A DNA stretch of 50,302 nucleotides from Nemertoderma westbladi (Eukaryota > Animalia > Xenacoelomorpha). The translations under genes were made by a program, and so were the position numbers. This document shows positions 33,520 to 46,710 of the stretch, piece by piece (positions within the stretch are counted from its first letter, which is position 1; each line of letters begins with the position of its first letter). Under the pieces are notes generated by a model. That model did not search any database and was not told the origin of the DNA. It saw only the letters and a list, made by a program, of their open reading frames with translations. Where the stretch lies: the NCBI GenBank assembly GCA_032718475.1, contig JAUCBJ010001485.1, positions 1 to 50,302 on the forward strand. Direction: 5' to 3'.

Positions 33520-36500
33520 AGGCAATTAGAGAATCCTGTAGGGTTGTGGCAAGGGAAGAGGATGTGACTATAGAAGCGGATAGCAATGCTGTGGATCTGA
33601 GTGATGCTGACTGCTGTCCACTAGGTGTCGGCTACCGTAGTGCACTGACTCGCCCTTCGGCCCCGGGTGGTCTACAAGACCTTCAAAGGCTACCGTAAAG
33701 GCTCTCCTGTGATCTAGAGGTGCTCCTGATAGCAGAAACGCCGTCGGCTCTCTTCCGATAACCACGGCCTTGAATAGGTTTAATAAACCTATTATTATCC
33801 AATCCTCCTGTAAGATATATCTCTTCTGATATATCTTTATCGCTCCCCTTCGGATCTGATATATCTCCTGTTTCCCTGGCCTCGCTCCCCTTTTCAGTGA
33901 GTTCGCCAGTTCCGATCCGTACTCTTCTCGGACTTGCCCCAGTCCATCGGCTTGTGGCAGACAAGCCCCATGAGCTGGCCCATCGCCACTGCTCCACAAT
34001 GTCCTGTGCCCGCTCCGTGCTCCTCCCGGAACTTGCCCCAGTCCATCGGGCAGACAAGCCCCATGAGCTGGCCCATCCCCACTGCTCCACAATGTCCTGT
34101 GTTCTCTACCACACCCAAAGTGCCAATTTTTCCTAGTTTTATTTTGATTTTATCTATACTGCCCCCTGTCTGTGCTATCATCCTATCTACCTTCCTACTT
34201 CTTTCTTACTATGTGCCCTACTACTACTAAGCTATGCCTACATACCCTTTACTTTCTTACTACGTGGCGCTCTCGGTGCCCACAACTTATAACTTCTATG
34301 GTACTATGTACCCTAATACTGCTACTACGGTATACCTACATACCATACCCTTCACTCTCTTACTACGTGGCGCTTTAGGGGCCCACAACCCCTCTGCTAC
34401 TACTTCTATGGTATACCTACATACCATATCCTCTACTCTCTTACTACATGGCGCTTTTGGTGCCCACAACCCCTCTGCTACTACTTCTATGGTATACCTA
34501 CATACCATACCCTCTACTATCTTACTACGTGGCGCTTTTGGTGCCCACAACCCCTCTGCTACTACCTCTATGGTATACCTACCCTACATACCATACCCTC
34601 TACTCTCTTACTACATGGCGCTTTTGGTGCCCACAACCTCTATGGTACTATGTACCCTACTACTTAGTGCTACATACTATCTACTACTATTACTTTCTAT
34701 TATCTTACTTCTTATTTTATTATTTGCTTATTATTTATTTTTTAATTTATGTGTGGGAAGGGCGTCTCGCCCTCATTCCCACCCCCCTCAGTCCAACATA
34801 TTACATATTGGACGACTCAACAACCTAAGGGCGATTCTTCCAGCAGGCAATTATCCCACTGCCCCCCTATAGGTCCTCTTATTCTTCGCCCCAACTCTTC
34901 TTCTCAATTCCAACTCTTTTGGAATTGACCTTCCCTTCTCCTTCATCCTTAAGTCGGGTCTTTCAGTCATGTTACAAATCTCCTCGTGATCGTCCCCTGG
35001 CGGCAAAGTGCCACCTTTCATCTTGTCGTCGTTTGGCGGTAGAATGCCACCCTCATGTCATCCTTGCTGGAACATGCCACCTCTGCTGGCCTCCCCCTTA
35101 ATATGTGCACCGGCATTAAAGCCCCCGATGACCCCCGGTCATCCTGCGGTACACATACCGCATGCCCCTTCGCACTCTGCCACCCCCTTATGCGTATACA
35201 ATACGCCCTCTCGCACTTTCCTGCCTCCTTTGTCACATTTTATCATGGGCTTCTCTGCTCCTGGTCTAATCTTCCCACATCCTCTCCCTTTCCACCTTGT
35301 TTTCTTACTCGACCTCCTCCCCACAGGTATGCCTCTCAACTGGACCGGCGTCTGTTCCGGACACCTCTCCGGACACCTCGCCGTCCACTCTTCTCCATCC
35401 CTATACCGATACTCCCCATTCTCCTCCGCCCTCGGCATCGTCTCCCCAAACACTACCCGTGGTGCTGTTCCTGGCTGCTTGCCCAGCCTGATCGTGCCTC
35501 CAGCGAAATCCATCGCCAGCTCCTCGTGCACACAGGCCCGCTTGCCGGGTTTATCCCAGAAGGCTCTCGCCCCGCTGGCCATCACCACTCTCCCTCCCAC
35601 CCAGTCCGTATTTGAGTGGCCGATCCTCTCAATGGGTGGCATCTCCCCGAACTCGTTGTCATCCTCCTCCCTCGCTGGGAGTGGATCCGGACCCGGTAGC
35701 CCGGTAGATCCACTGTGCCCCTCTCCGCCTCAGTTTCCACCCATAACCTTCCACCCCTCCTGCTCCCTTGGTCTCTTCCTTGCATAATCGCCCTCAGAGC
35801 CACCTGGTATGGGCATCACTTGCAATCCCGATATCGACTGTTTCGGTGATCCCTCCGTCCATCCCAGTTCCTCCCCCGGAAACTCGCCCGAGCTCCCTGA
35901 TCCGCACCTTAGCTCGTCCAAGTCCTGGGCTTCGAACCCGTACTCCTTGTTTTCTTCCTTGGCCTGCTTCTCTCTCGTATGGGTCCTCCCCATTGCCTGT
36001 TTCTGGTTTCTCCTCTGCTCCCTCGTCCTCCACTTCTCTCATTGTGCCTGCGAACATGCACCCTGAGGATTCCGGCATGTTGAACGGAATTCTAGACTTG
36101 ATTGGGCCACTGAGTGTCCATCCAAATGGCGTGGAAATCGCCATTGGGCCTCTCTCTCCATCTTCTCTGAATCGGCAGGAAAAGCTGTCAGGCAGTCTAT
36201 TCCGACTATGAGAGATACTTTCGGGACGTCCAGTTCGGGCACGGAGAAATATTGTTCGACCTCGCTCTTCGTGGGTCGTCTGGCATTAATATTAATCGAT
36301 TCTATTATTTGAATGGGATCGATGGTCGCCCCATAATCCCTGTCTGGCGCTACCGCTGATATTTTACAACGCCCCGTTCTCATCCTAAAGACTTCGTCTT
36401 TATTCGAGATAGTGGTTACTGCCATCTTACTTGGCCTCGTTTGTAACCCTATTTTTCGGCCACCCAATCCTCCGTTAGCGTGAACGCTGCTCCACTATCG

Positions 36501-39500
36501 ATCAACATTAATGTTGTAACCGATAGCCCGTCCTCTCCTGTTATTCTCACTGGTACTATTTCGAGTAGTACCATTATCTTTCTCTTTGCTCCCGTTGTGC
36601 TCATAGCCATAGTTTAGCCTCCAGTCTCATATCCTATCGGTGTTTCTCTATACTCTCCGAACCTGTGTCCTTCCACCACGCAGCGATGACATAGTCCATT
36701 CGTATATCCTGGATTGTAGCATTCCTTGCATAGCCCTTCACGTATAGCGCATAGATTCATATCTACCGGTTTAGTGTTTTGGTTATTTGGACTTGGCCTA
36801 CTGGGTATGTTGGGATTATATTTGTTCGTGTTGTTATTTTGTTTCTATCCCTGCCACGGTGTGGCCCTACTCCCGGCTATCTGTGGACTTGTAGTCCCCT
36901 GCGTGGCCGCATGTGGTAGCGACTGTCTCACTCTCGGGAATGCATCTGCCGGATTATGTTCGGGTTTAGGCCTGTTGTATTCAGCTTTTGGCGCCTTCCC
37001 CAAACTATCCTCGCTGTAGACTGGGTCTGTAATCAACTCATAGTTAAGGAAGTTCGACATCTCTTCTAGGCCTGGCTCCGCACCCTTCTTCTCCCGGGTG
37101 GAGAAGGCGATCTTTCTCCATTTGTTTCTTAGCCAGATGGGTAGTGCCTGCGCTATTGTGGTGATGTTATTCAATGCGTTGAGTTCGTAAGGCGCATCCA
37201 AGGTCTTCAGCACAATCAGCGCCTTTTCGACCTTATTCGCGAAAGTCTTGATGCTGACAGGGTTATCCTGTAGTCCACCCGATGTTATTCCCCTCAAGGT
37301 TTGCCGGATGATCTTGGCAGGGTGTCCGAATTCCCTGTCTAGGGCCCGCCATGCAGTCGTGAATCCACCCTCGATACCTTGATACTGCCTTACAATGTCG
37401 TACGCTGGGCCCCCTGTGTAAACTTGTAAATATTTTAGGCACTCCGCCTGTGTCAGGTTCTTTGTCAATATTTCGTTACTGTACATGCGTCGGAATTGCA
37501 GATATTCTTCCGGTCTGCTTCCATCGAATTTGAACGGCTCCACTGGTGGCAGCTCCATCCTGGTCTTAAGCGCATCGATGAGTGTCGCCATTCCCATCGC
37601 CTGTACTTCTAGTGGGCTCGATGGATGCTGTACAGACTCCCCTGCTGCTGGGTGCGGTTCGCCCGTCGGGCCTGTCGACCTCTTTTGCGTCGGATATATC
37701 ATTGGGGGTAACGGCCCCCTCCATATCTCCGTATCACACGATCTATTCTGGTCCAAGGGGTTCGGGGTTTTTGTTCTTGGTTGAGTATATTGCTGATATT
37801 GTAATAGGGGAATGTCACCCTGCCCCCCCCCCCCCCCCCACCGACCGGTGTTATATTTGGTATTGGGGTTGATGTTACCATGTTAGGGCCCTAACCTCTA
37901 TCAGCAATAGCTCCCCCCTCCCCTGGGTATATGTTATATCCCTGCATATTATAGTCATACTGGTGTGCAGGTACCGGTATAGCCCTATCAACTTCTTGCC
38001 TACCTACCGGTATGTCTGCCGCGACTTCCGGATCTAATCCCGTTGTCCGTGCTGCCCTATCGCCTACACTATCTCTTCCAGCATGGCCTATAGTATGTGC
38101 AGTAAGGCCTACAGTATGTCCTGCAGTCTGCCTGTGTCCCTCCGGACCGAAGTTTAATCTTCTCGAATAGTCCAAGAAGTTCGCCCCGCGACCACCGTAC
38201 TCTCGATCGGCAGCTATGTCCCTCCGGGAAGTTTCTCTTCGATCCCCTCTCCTGTCCTCGTCCACGTGCCGGTACATCCTGTACCCTTCTCCCGGTGTAT
38301 GATATATCTCACCAGGCTGTGTCTCTCCAGGGCGATGGCAATCTCCTGGAGTTCGACCCCACTGACTCTCTAACTCCATCTCTGCTACCGACTGTTCACT
38401 GTCCGTCCTTGCTCTCCGGTTGCTCGTAGCAACGCTTCTTCTATTCTCTTCACTTCTTCTCTCTTCAGTGTAGCGATCCCCTTCGTGAGATCTCGCTTCA
38501 ACCTCCCGGATAAACTCCACTGTTCTTCTTCCGTCTTCCGACTGGGCTCGACGTCTTGTCGCTTGCCCGCTCACGGCGCCAACCTCTCTCTCTCTGCCCG
38601 GTTGGACGCTCCTGGGGATACTCGCAACCCCCCTATTATTCTCCGTCATTGGGTGCCGCGGTTCACCTAGCTCGCCCCGCTTGTCCGCCGACGCTTGTGG
38701 GACATTCCCCCCCCCCTCTCACCACTAATCTTTCATGGTGGGGTGCCCGTGCCCCCCCCCCCATTCGCCACCTCTTACTTCACTACCTCCTACTTCGCTT
38801 CTACGCCCCTCTCTAGTCGACGCACTATCTCTACTCCGGCTGGGTCTACTCACCCTCGCCTCTCCCTGTGCGACTGCGTGGCCTTGCAGGCTCCCGTCGG
38901 GTTGACTCACCCCCACTACTCCCTGCGTAACTACGTGGCCTTGCAGGCTCCCATTGGGTTGACTCACCCCCGCTACTCCCTGCGTAACTACGTGGCCTTG
39001 CAGGCTCCCGCTGGCCGGACCACCTGTCTCCCCTATGTTCGTATTAATTGCACCGTTATTAACAATATTATTTTGATTAATTTCCTCCGGGTTATTATCA
39101 AACGTAATATTGTTACCTAAATTATTTAAATTATTTTGTTCAGAATTAGGGCTATTATTTGGAATATTTTGCACATTTAAATTAGTATTATTATTTGGAT
39201 TATTTTGCACATTTACATTAGTATTATTTGGATTATTTTGCACATTTAAATCAGAATTATTATTACCGGGGAAAATATTATTTCCTGCAACAAAAGTTTG
39301 ATTAGGGTTGTCTACTACGTTACTATTAATATTAATTCTAACGTAATATTATTACCCCCCCACCCCGCCCATACGTTTACACCAGTCCTGGGTCTGACGT
39401 CCAGTACCTGTAAGTGGGGTATTAACAAACGTTTCCATTACTTCTGGCTCCTCATAAATACTACCCGAACCAGCCTCACTCTCCGATAATCCCAACTTTG

Positions 39501-41315
39501 CCAGTTCTAACCGGCCTTTTGCTTCGCCTGGTATTGCATAAGCCCCCTCAACCGGGTATGCATATCATCCCGCATACGCTTTCCCGCTCTCTCTCTCTCT
39601 CTCTATCCTCCCTCAACCTTTGGTCGGCCAACTCTGCCTCTCTCGCAATCCTCTCAACGCCTCTCCTCCTCCGCTCTTTGCACTCCCTCTAATCCCTCTC
39701 CTCCCCTCTCAGTTTCTCCACCCTCTCAGCCCTCTCTTTACATCTCTCTCGCTAACTCTCTCTCCCTCTCCAATAATGCAGTTCCCTCGTCCTAGTTGCC
39801 TCTCCAACTCCTTCTGATCCAGCGCCACAAGGTCTAATTGACACGCCAGATCTATCTCTAGCACCCTTCTTGCTTTTGCGGAGGATGTAGCGGACTTATC
39901 GGTCGCGACGGACTCCCGTCGCCTCTCTGTCCTACTAACTTTCCCCTGCTTTCTGAGGTTCTTGCAAACCAACGACACCGAATCCTCGGGGTTAACCTCG
40001 GGTTTGCCGTCGTGCGGGTCCGCCCATCGCACTAACTTAATTCCCCTAGCATCCACTAAGTAAGGCCCTATGTACACTACGTCTGGCTCCATTACCCCGG
40101 ATCGCCACAATTCAAACAGTTCCGTGGCGACCCCCCTCGCTCTCTCACTCGCCAGTTCTCCCTGTCCAAAACGGACTAAATAGCGAAAATGTTTATTCGA
40201 CTCACCTAGCCTTTGGTATAGTTTAGGCTGGTCTACCTTTCTTACGTTCTCTTGGTCTCTTTAAGTAGTTTCTTGGTGGTGTTGTAGGCCCGTCATAGCC
40301 GATCACTCGTCCCGACGTCCTCTTCATCGACTCTGCCTCCTCTCCTTGTCCGGCGACATACCGGCGACCCCACTGTCGCCGTTCCGGTGGGCCGTCCGTC
40401 GCCCTCGGCCTGTGGCTGGCCGGCGACTTCGGTACTCCGACAGACATCGTCATCGCGCGTCGACTCGTCTCCCTCTCTCCTCCGTAGTTGACGGCCACCC
40501 TCCGCTTGGGCCATCGGATCGTCCCTGGTTGGCGAATCCGGTGTGGTGGGCAGATACCGTCTCGTCGCGGCCTCGTGGATCGTTTGGTTGGTGTCGTCCG
40601 GGGTCTGCGGCGACATCCTCTCTCCCTCTGAATCTCTGGGCTCCTGATCGCTCATCTTCTTGCTGTCTTTGCAGTCACAGTTTGTTAGTTGTAGTTGGTG
40701 AGTTTATGACTGTGACAGGATCCTAAGATCCCGACCGGGTTAGATTTGTACGCGTCACCGTTCTGCTGGGCAGTTGTACTGGGTCGGTTTGGCCAAAGGC
40801 CGTCGGGGAAAAATAATAGAGTTTTGATTCTCAATGTTTATACTCCGAGCGATAATAGCACAATCGCTAAATCGGTGATGAATATCACGACATATAATGA
40901 CAGCAGAATACACAGATATTAAATTGTTAATGTGTGACGACGTGTGAAGCGGTGACCGGTCATAAACTGTGTAACTAATGAACTGACTGGTAAATCAGTA
41001 ATGCAGAATAATATATGATTAATACACACGGATATTGATTTCACCTCTTACTGTACTTGGCCCTCTGTACCCAGTGGATGCTTTCCTATCTCTAATCACG
41101 TGCTTCCCTCTCCGCTATTGGCTAATATACTAATTGTCACTTTGGCACTCCCCGTGAGTGTTTCCCCCCGCTGCTAGCATCTACTAGCTGTTTTCCCTCC
41201 GAGGTGGTTTGACCTCTCACCTCTCTCTGTGGCTTTAGGGCTTGTGTCCCCCCCCCCCCCCCCTCCCGTGTTGGTTATGAGGCGAGATTAATATTGGTAA
41301 TCTCGTATCCCCAAC
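33520..41315 (-). mobile_element. Decayed BEL/Pao-derived element: gag and protease only, pol absent; boundaries approximate
   Basis: It shows VNPEDSVS..SSAKARR, a DUF1759-like MELPPVEPFKFDG..YLQVYTGGPAYDIV..LDREFG, decayed knuckles, protease LMLIDSGA (~36490-36515) and AISTPFGWTLSGP. The block is GC-richer than its flanks and has many stops. No paired LTRs were found. Confidence 0.75.
33932..34660. repeat. Two tandem repeat blocks: a duplication with ~100-bp period (33932-34100) and an array of ~78-bp units (~34255-34660)
   Basis: CTTGCCCCAGTCCATCGG..CACTGCTCCACAATGTCCTGT occurs twice, and CTACGTGGCGCTTTTGGTGCCCACAACCCCTCTGCTACTACTTCTATGGTATACCTACATACCATA recurs 4-5 times. Confidence 0.85.
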
Positions 41316-41348
41316 TATATTGGAAAATGCCACTGGTCCCATTCTAAG

Positions 41349-42510
41349 GTGGATAGTGCAATGGAATTGAATCCGCTCACAGTTCTAGAATCCTGTAATG
41401 AGTGGTTTGTTGATAATAAGCTATCCATTCACTACGGTAAGACTGAAAGTATTTTGTTTGGTTCCAAAAGAAAGTTAAAGAAGGTAACTAAGTTTGAAGT
41501 CACTAGTAATGGACATAAGATTGAAAATAAAAAGGAAGTTAAATATTTAGGCGCCACATTGGATAACTGCTTATCAGGAAAAGTACAGTGTAAAATATTT
41601 TCTCGAAAGTTAACAGTAGGCTTAGGTTTCTATACAGAAATAAAAATAGCTAAAAAATACACCAACTCCTGCAAGTTACTTTGCTCTTCTTTAATACAGT
41701 GTCACATGGACTATGCATACTCTTCTTGGAATGAAGGCTTAACCAAACAGCTTTAATGTAAATTACAAGTAGCTCAGATAAAGTAGTACGTTTCATTAAA
41801 GACTACAAACCTAGGCACCACCTAACTCCAGGTGACTTTTCTGAATCTGGACTACTTAACTTAGATAGTAGAGTTAAGCAGCTACGCCTTAACCATGTGC
41901 ATAAAGTGTATAATGGTAAGTGTCCCAATTACCAAAAACAAAAATTCAACAGAGTACGCGATACACACTCTTACAGTACCAGAGCTAGTGCTTCAAACTT
42001 CTACCTCCCGAATTGTAAATCCTTTAAATCTGATACTTTCTTTTTTAACGGCATTAAAAATTGGAACGCTCTGCCTAATGAAATTAAAAACCTAGATATC
42101 AACATTCTTTTAAATCTGCAGTTAAATCTCACCTCCGTGTGCAATGTAAAAATAGGTACAATAGTCCTACAGTAAGTTATTAGTTTATTAATTATTTTCA
42201 ATTTATACTGTAATTACGTTTTATAATAAATTGTTCTGTACATGACATCTTTATCGTTGAGTCGGGCATTGTCACGCTCTTGGTAAAGTTGTACATGTAT
42301 ATAGTGTAATTAAGTTTTATATTCGTTTTAGGTTAGCGTATTGTAATATTGTATTTGTAACCAAGTAACATAAAGGACCCCCTTGGAAATAAGCTGCAAA
42401 GCTTTAGGGGTCATCCTATGTTATGTTGGACAATACCTTTATACCGGTATATTATTGTTTGGTGTATTTGTTATTGTTTTTACATAATGTATAAATAAAT
42501 CTTTCTATCT
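41349..42510 (+). mobile_element. 5'-truncated CR1/L2-type LINE with 3' UTR
   Basis: It reads EWFVDNKLSIHYGKTESILFGS, VKYLGATLD, LIQCHMDYAYSSW and HSYSTRAS..FFFNGIKNWNALP, and ends with AATAAA plus a TCTA-type tail at ~42495-42511. Confidence 0.85.
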
Positions 42511-43330
42511 ATAAGCATGTATTAAAGATACCAATAGAAAGTAACAAAAGTGAAAACAGACCCCACTCTCAGTTTTAATACTTTCAATCCCATAATTGAT
42601 TGTTTTGACTCATTAGTGGGGGTAATGTCTTGTGAAGCTAGTTTTATAACATAATTTTGGAAACTATCAGTGGAATTATACTTCCATGCTATATCAGAAT
42701 ATATCGGTAATAAGCTTACACTCGAAATTTTTTCAGGAAGTTGTCAATTTTGTGTTAGAACAAGTACTTTTGTGTTTTTTTATATTCTTAAACACGGGTG
42801 AACATTTCTAAGGGGTCCAAACTTTGGTCCATACAAGTTCATTAAAAGTGTATTTGATCCTCCCCAATATATATATATATATATATATGTTTTATTGACC
42901 ATAATAATAAAATAATACACGGCACAACAATGTAATAAATCGTCTCTCAATTACATTAAACTAAACCCAAAAACATTATTATTGTCCAATGGACTAATTA
43001 ACGTAATACAATAAATTTAAATTAAATCTACTGTAAGCTAACCTGTAATCTACTGTAATCTACTGTTCATTGATTGTCACCAGGCTCGAGTGGCTCTCCA
43101 GCAGCATTTGAGACAACAATTTTCAGGAATGTGAATTGTGCAATAGAATTGCTCCACTATAACCTTTTTAAACATTGGTCCTCTAAATGTAAGATGAATT
43201 CAGTTGGTCTTACTGTTCAAGCATGGGATATATAATAAGCCTACTGTAATCATAATAATTCGCACATGGTACAAAAATAATATGAATAAATCTAGGATAT
43301 ATATTATACCATTCCATATTTCACAACTAG

Positions 43331-43487
43331 GTGTTTGATGGTCCTGATAGTAGCAACACTCAACTGGCCACATGGGAAGGTACTGGTGTTTCTGGTCAAA
43401 TTATCACATCGACTTCCAACGATATTACCTTTACGTTTCAAACAGACAGCAGTGTCATTAGTACAGGATACTCTATTAACTATTCTG
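43331..43487 (+). CDS. Host gene exon, C-terminal half of the CUB domain (phase 0-1)
   Basis: It has a caactAG acceptor and GTGAGC donor. The translation VFDGPDSSNTQLATWEGTGVSGQIITSTSNDITFTFQTDSSVISTGYSINYS completes the CUB begun at 18498-18670, in the correct phase. Confidence 0.9.
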
Positions 43488-43699
43488 GTGAGCTGTTATT
43501 ATTATAGACGCCCTTGTGCAGTACAATAATATTTATTTGGTGTTAGTATATATGAGGAATACTTACATAAATTTTTAAGGGTGTAATGGCATCCACATCA
43601 CTTTCAACAACATCACAATAAGTATATAATCTACCTTAATCCTCATTTTCGAATAACATGCGAACCAATTTTACTAACCTGTAGTGCTATTAGACACAT

Positions 43700-44050
43700 C
43701 TAATGCAGATGCTAAAGCTGCCCCGATGAGTTAGACACCCCCTGTGGCAACTGGTTTCTGTGGCTCGAGATACCAGAAAACATTTCTGGATATATCTATA
43801 TTCAACCCGCAAGCCCCGACCAACATGGCTCGTACTCTAGAGGGTTCCCACCTTCACCACGAGGCACAGAAGTGGAACCAATTGGAGGTCGAATTGGCCA
43901 TATTTACACCTCTAATCATGTCGGCGTTTGGGGGACTGTCACCTACCTTGAGCATTCTTTGAGCATTTCTCAATGCTATCATGGATCCCCAGGCAGTTGA
44001 GTTTCTCCCTGCTCTGTGTAGCGCTGATGTGCCTGCGTGGGTCCCGTTAT
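43700..44050 (+). mobile_element. CRE-clade-like non-LTR retrotransposon 3' fragment (restriction-like endonuclease region)
   Basis: It reads ATGFCG..QKTFLDISIFNPQAPTN..HHEAQK..FTPLIMSAFGGL and QLSFSLL..ALMCLRGSR. Confidence 0.65.
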
Positions 44051-44220
44051 TCTCGAAGGCGGCCTATCCATGGGCTTGGGGGAGACCTTATTACAGCTCG
44101 CAATTGCCGAGGTGGTTTCCAGTGGTTACAGATGCATGACTTCCAGGTGCTTACTGGTGCATTACTTCCTGTTACAAATGACACTTCTGGCAGAACTCAA
44201 CACAATGACTAAATTCAACT

Positions 44221-44974
44221 GAAAGATATAGGGAGGACAGACTCCCGCAAACAAAAGGTAAAATGACTATTACAAGCTTTCTGTCTCTAATAGAGGCCTT
44301 CGTCAGGTAAGCATTATTACGATATTTACTGTAACAGCAGAGCACGACAGGCAGGCTAAGTAGAGCCAATTATTTTGAATAAACAGCCAAAAAGAGGTAC
44401 TAAAGATTATACAAATTCATCAACTCATAAAGAGCACAAAGTAAGGTGTAGGACAAAAATTAACCATTAAATATAATTACAGGCCTTCAAGCAGGTAAGA
44501 TAGTAAACCCATCATATTAGATGTAGCACCAAAAATTATATATTGAATATAAATCTCCACTTATAGACATAAGATTAATTACAGACATACAGTAGGCAAT
44601 TACATCCGACTCACAACGTTCAAAGTTAAATTTTTGGTGCTACATCTAAAATGATGGATTAATAACTTACCTGCTTTAGGGGCTGTAATTATATTTAATG
44701 GTTAATTTTTGTCAAAAACCTTACTTTGTGCTCTTTATGAGTTGATGAATTTGTATAATCTTTAGTACCTCTTTTTGGCGGTTTATTCAAAATAATTGGC
44801 TCTACTTAGTCTGCCTATCGTGCTACTGCTGTTACAGTAAATATACTATAAAAATATATATACAGTACTATATGCAAATATACTTACCTAACTAACAAAG
44901 GCCTATTAGAGGCAGAAAGCTTGTAATATCCTTTACCTTTAGTTTGGGTGAGTCTGCCTCTCTTTACATCTTTC
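44221..44974. repeat. Long inverted repeat (foldback/MITE): arms ~44221-44538 and ~44628-44974
   Basis: For example, GCCAAAAAGAGGTACTAAAGATTATACAAATTCATCAACTCATAAAGAGCACAAAGTAAGGT has its exact reverse complement in the right arm. The spacer is ~90 bp. Confidence 0.92.
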
Positions 44975-46469
44975 TTTACCCTTCCCCCGCAATACCCCGA
45001 TGTTTTTTTCAATAAATTTAACTGGTTAAGTATTAATTTAATGTGCTACATAGATGAGAATTTATATATGCATTTTAATCATTATCAATTATTTTATTAA
45101 AAAATTTAAAAAAAAAATAAAAAAGTTATAAAGGCAAAATAATTATGTGCACTGTAAAATTACAGTGATAATTTAATATGTCTAGTAAATTACTACCATT
45201 GATTGAGCAAATGATATGGCACACCCTTCCGTTTTTAGGAATTACGTTATTTCAAACATATTGAAATCGTGCTCATGAGGTCTATCCAGTTTATGATAGT
45301 CTCTATTATTGGAATTATTTTTATTTGTTATTGACATAACTGCGATAAATTTAAATTCTACTGTATATATTACTCTTATATATATCTAATTGAAAATTAA
45401 TAAGTTTCAATGTTCTAGAATAATGTCGCCAGAGTATCATTAAAAAGATTAAATACTCTTGATATAGTATAACGAACTCATAAGATCTTAATACAAACTT
45501 TTTTTTAATATGTTCCAGAATAAAAAATATTTGTTCTAGATTATTTTTTTTATAAACAAATAGCTAATTAAGTTCTAGAACATATCAAAAAAAGAATTTA
45601 TAAAAACTAGCTAGTACAAAAAATTTGGTGGGGGGTGTACGCATACTGGCCCAGTACCCTGAGTCCTTTTCAGGCTCGTACTAATGACGACTCAAACTTT
45701 CTCTGATAGTAAATCTTTCCATTACCTATTGAAAGTAATCAAGGTTGAGGAATTTGTAATAGTTTAGTATATTCATTTAAATCATTAATATAGTCAAGTA
45801 GACAGTACCGACCACCGTTCAAATTGGGTATGACTGCAGTTTTTTTTGCTGAAAGTGTTAACTTGTATAAACCATTTGAAATTATGTTATATTTCACATA
45901 GTCCGCATTGAGCAATTTTTTCTAGAACACTATTTATCTTAACGACAGATGTTTTACATAGCAACAATAATGAATTAACACGCAGGGGTATATTTATCTA
46001 TTTAGACACTGGTCAATCATAAATAAGGAGAAACCAAGCTCGAGAAAATAAAAATGTAAGGAATAAGGATTATGTTTGCAGTTATGAGTTACAAATTTTG
46101 TAACATTGCAGTGTTATGGCAAACACTGTTACTGGTAGTGAACTTGTAATACATACAAGGCTCGGTGTGCAATTTGGAGCTCATCACTGTGGCCAAGTAA
46201 TGCACCGACATACCTGTCTGTCAGGAATATATGCTGTCAGCACCCTAACTCTCGCTAGACATGTATCCTCAAGAACTGGTGGAAAATATGTTGGAAATAT
46301 GTTAATTCGAATGTGGACTTTGTGGCCGACGCATTTATGGACAGAATGGCGCAGGTTTATCCTTTTCGAAGTACTGTAGCAGTGGTTACCCAAACTGAGA
46401 TGTTGTTTCTGTAAGGTGATGTCCGGTATTACCAGTGGACCGTGAAATGAAAGGTGAAGGAATGTCGAT

Positions 46470-46710
46470 GAAACAACTTCTGCATTTGCAGTAATTACTT
46501 TTAGTTGAATGTTTGATAATATATTTATTTGCACAGTTATCACAGTCCTTGTTCGCACACTTGCAATAAAAATTGAAAGCCCTATTTACAAATTGCTCCC
46601 ACATCCAACCAAAGTTTGTAGGCTATAGTGGCGGCTGCCGGCTGCATATTATCTACAGCCGCTCTCCAGAATAATACTTGCGAGCCCGCTCTTCTTATAT
46701 TCATTCTTGA
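46470..46710 (-). pseudogene. Remnant of a transposase-like C-terminus with a Cys-rich (CXC-like) tail
   Basis: Across a frameshift it reads NIRRAGSQVLFWRAA..PTNFGW..CKCANKDCDNC..YCKCRSC. Confidence 0.45.

Noticed and set aside
33568-36211. Many overlapping plus- and minus-strand ORFs as real genes
   Set aside because: They are explained by GC-rich or tandem-repeat sequence and by antisense shadows of the decayed BEL element.
7598-41263. Recurrent long poly-G/poly-C tracts as a functional G-quadruplex system
   Set aside because: They occur in unrelated elements with no shared context and are consistent with homopolymer slippage.
40720-41315. 5' LTR and self-priming site for the decayed BEL element
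   Set aside because: Candidate ends exist (minus-strand ..CGTACA at ~40747; the GTCGGGGA/TCCCCAAC inverted pair). However, I found no partner LTR, TSD or complementary primer sequence.
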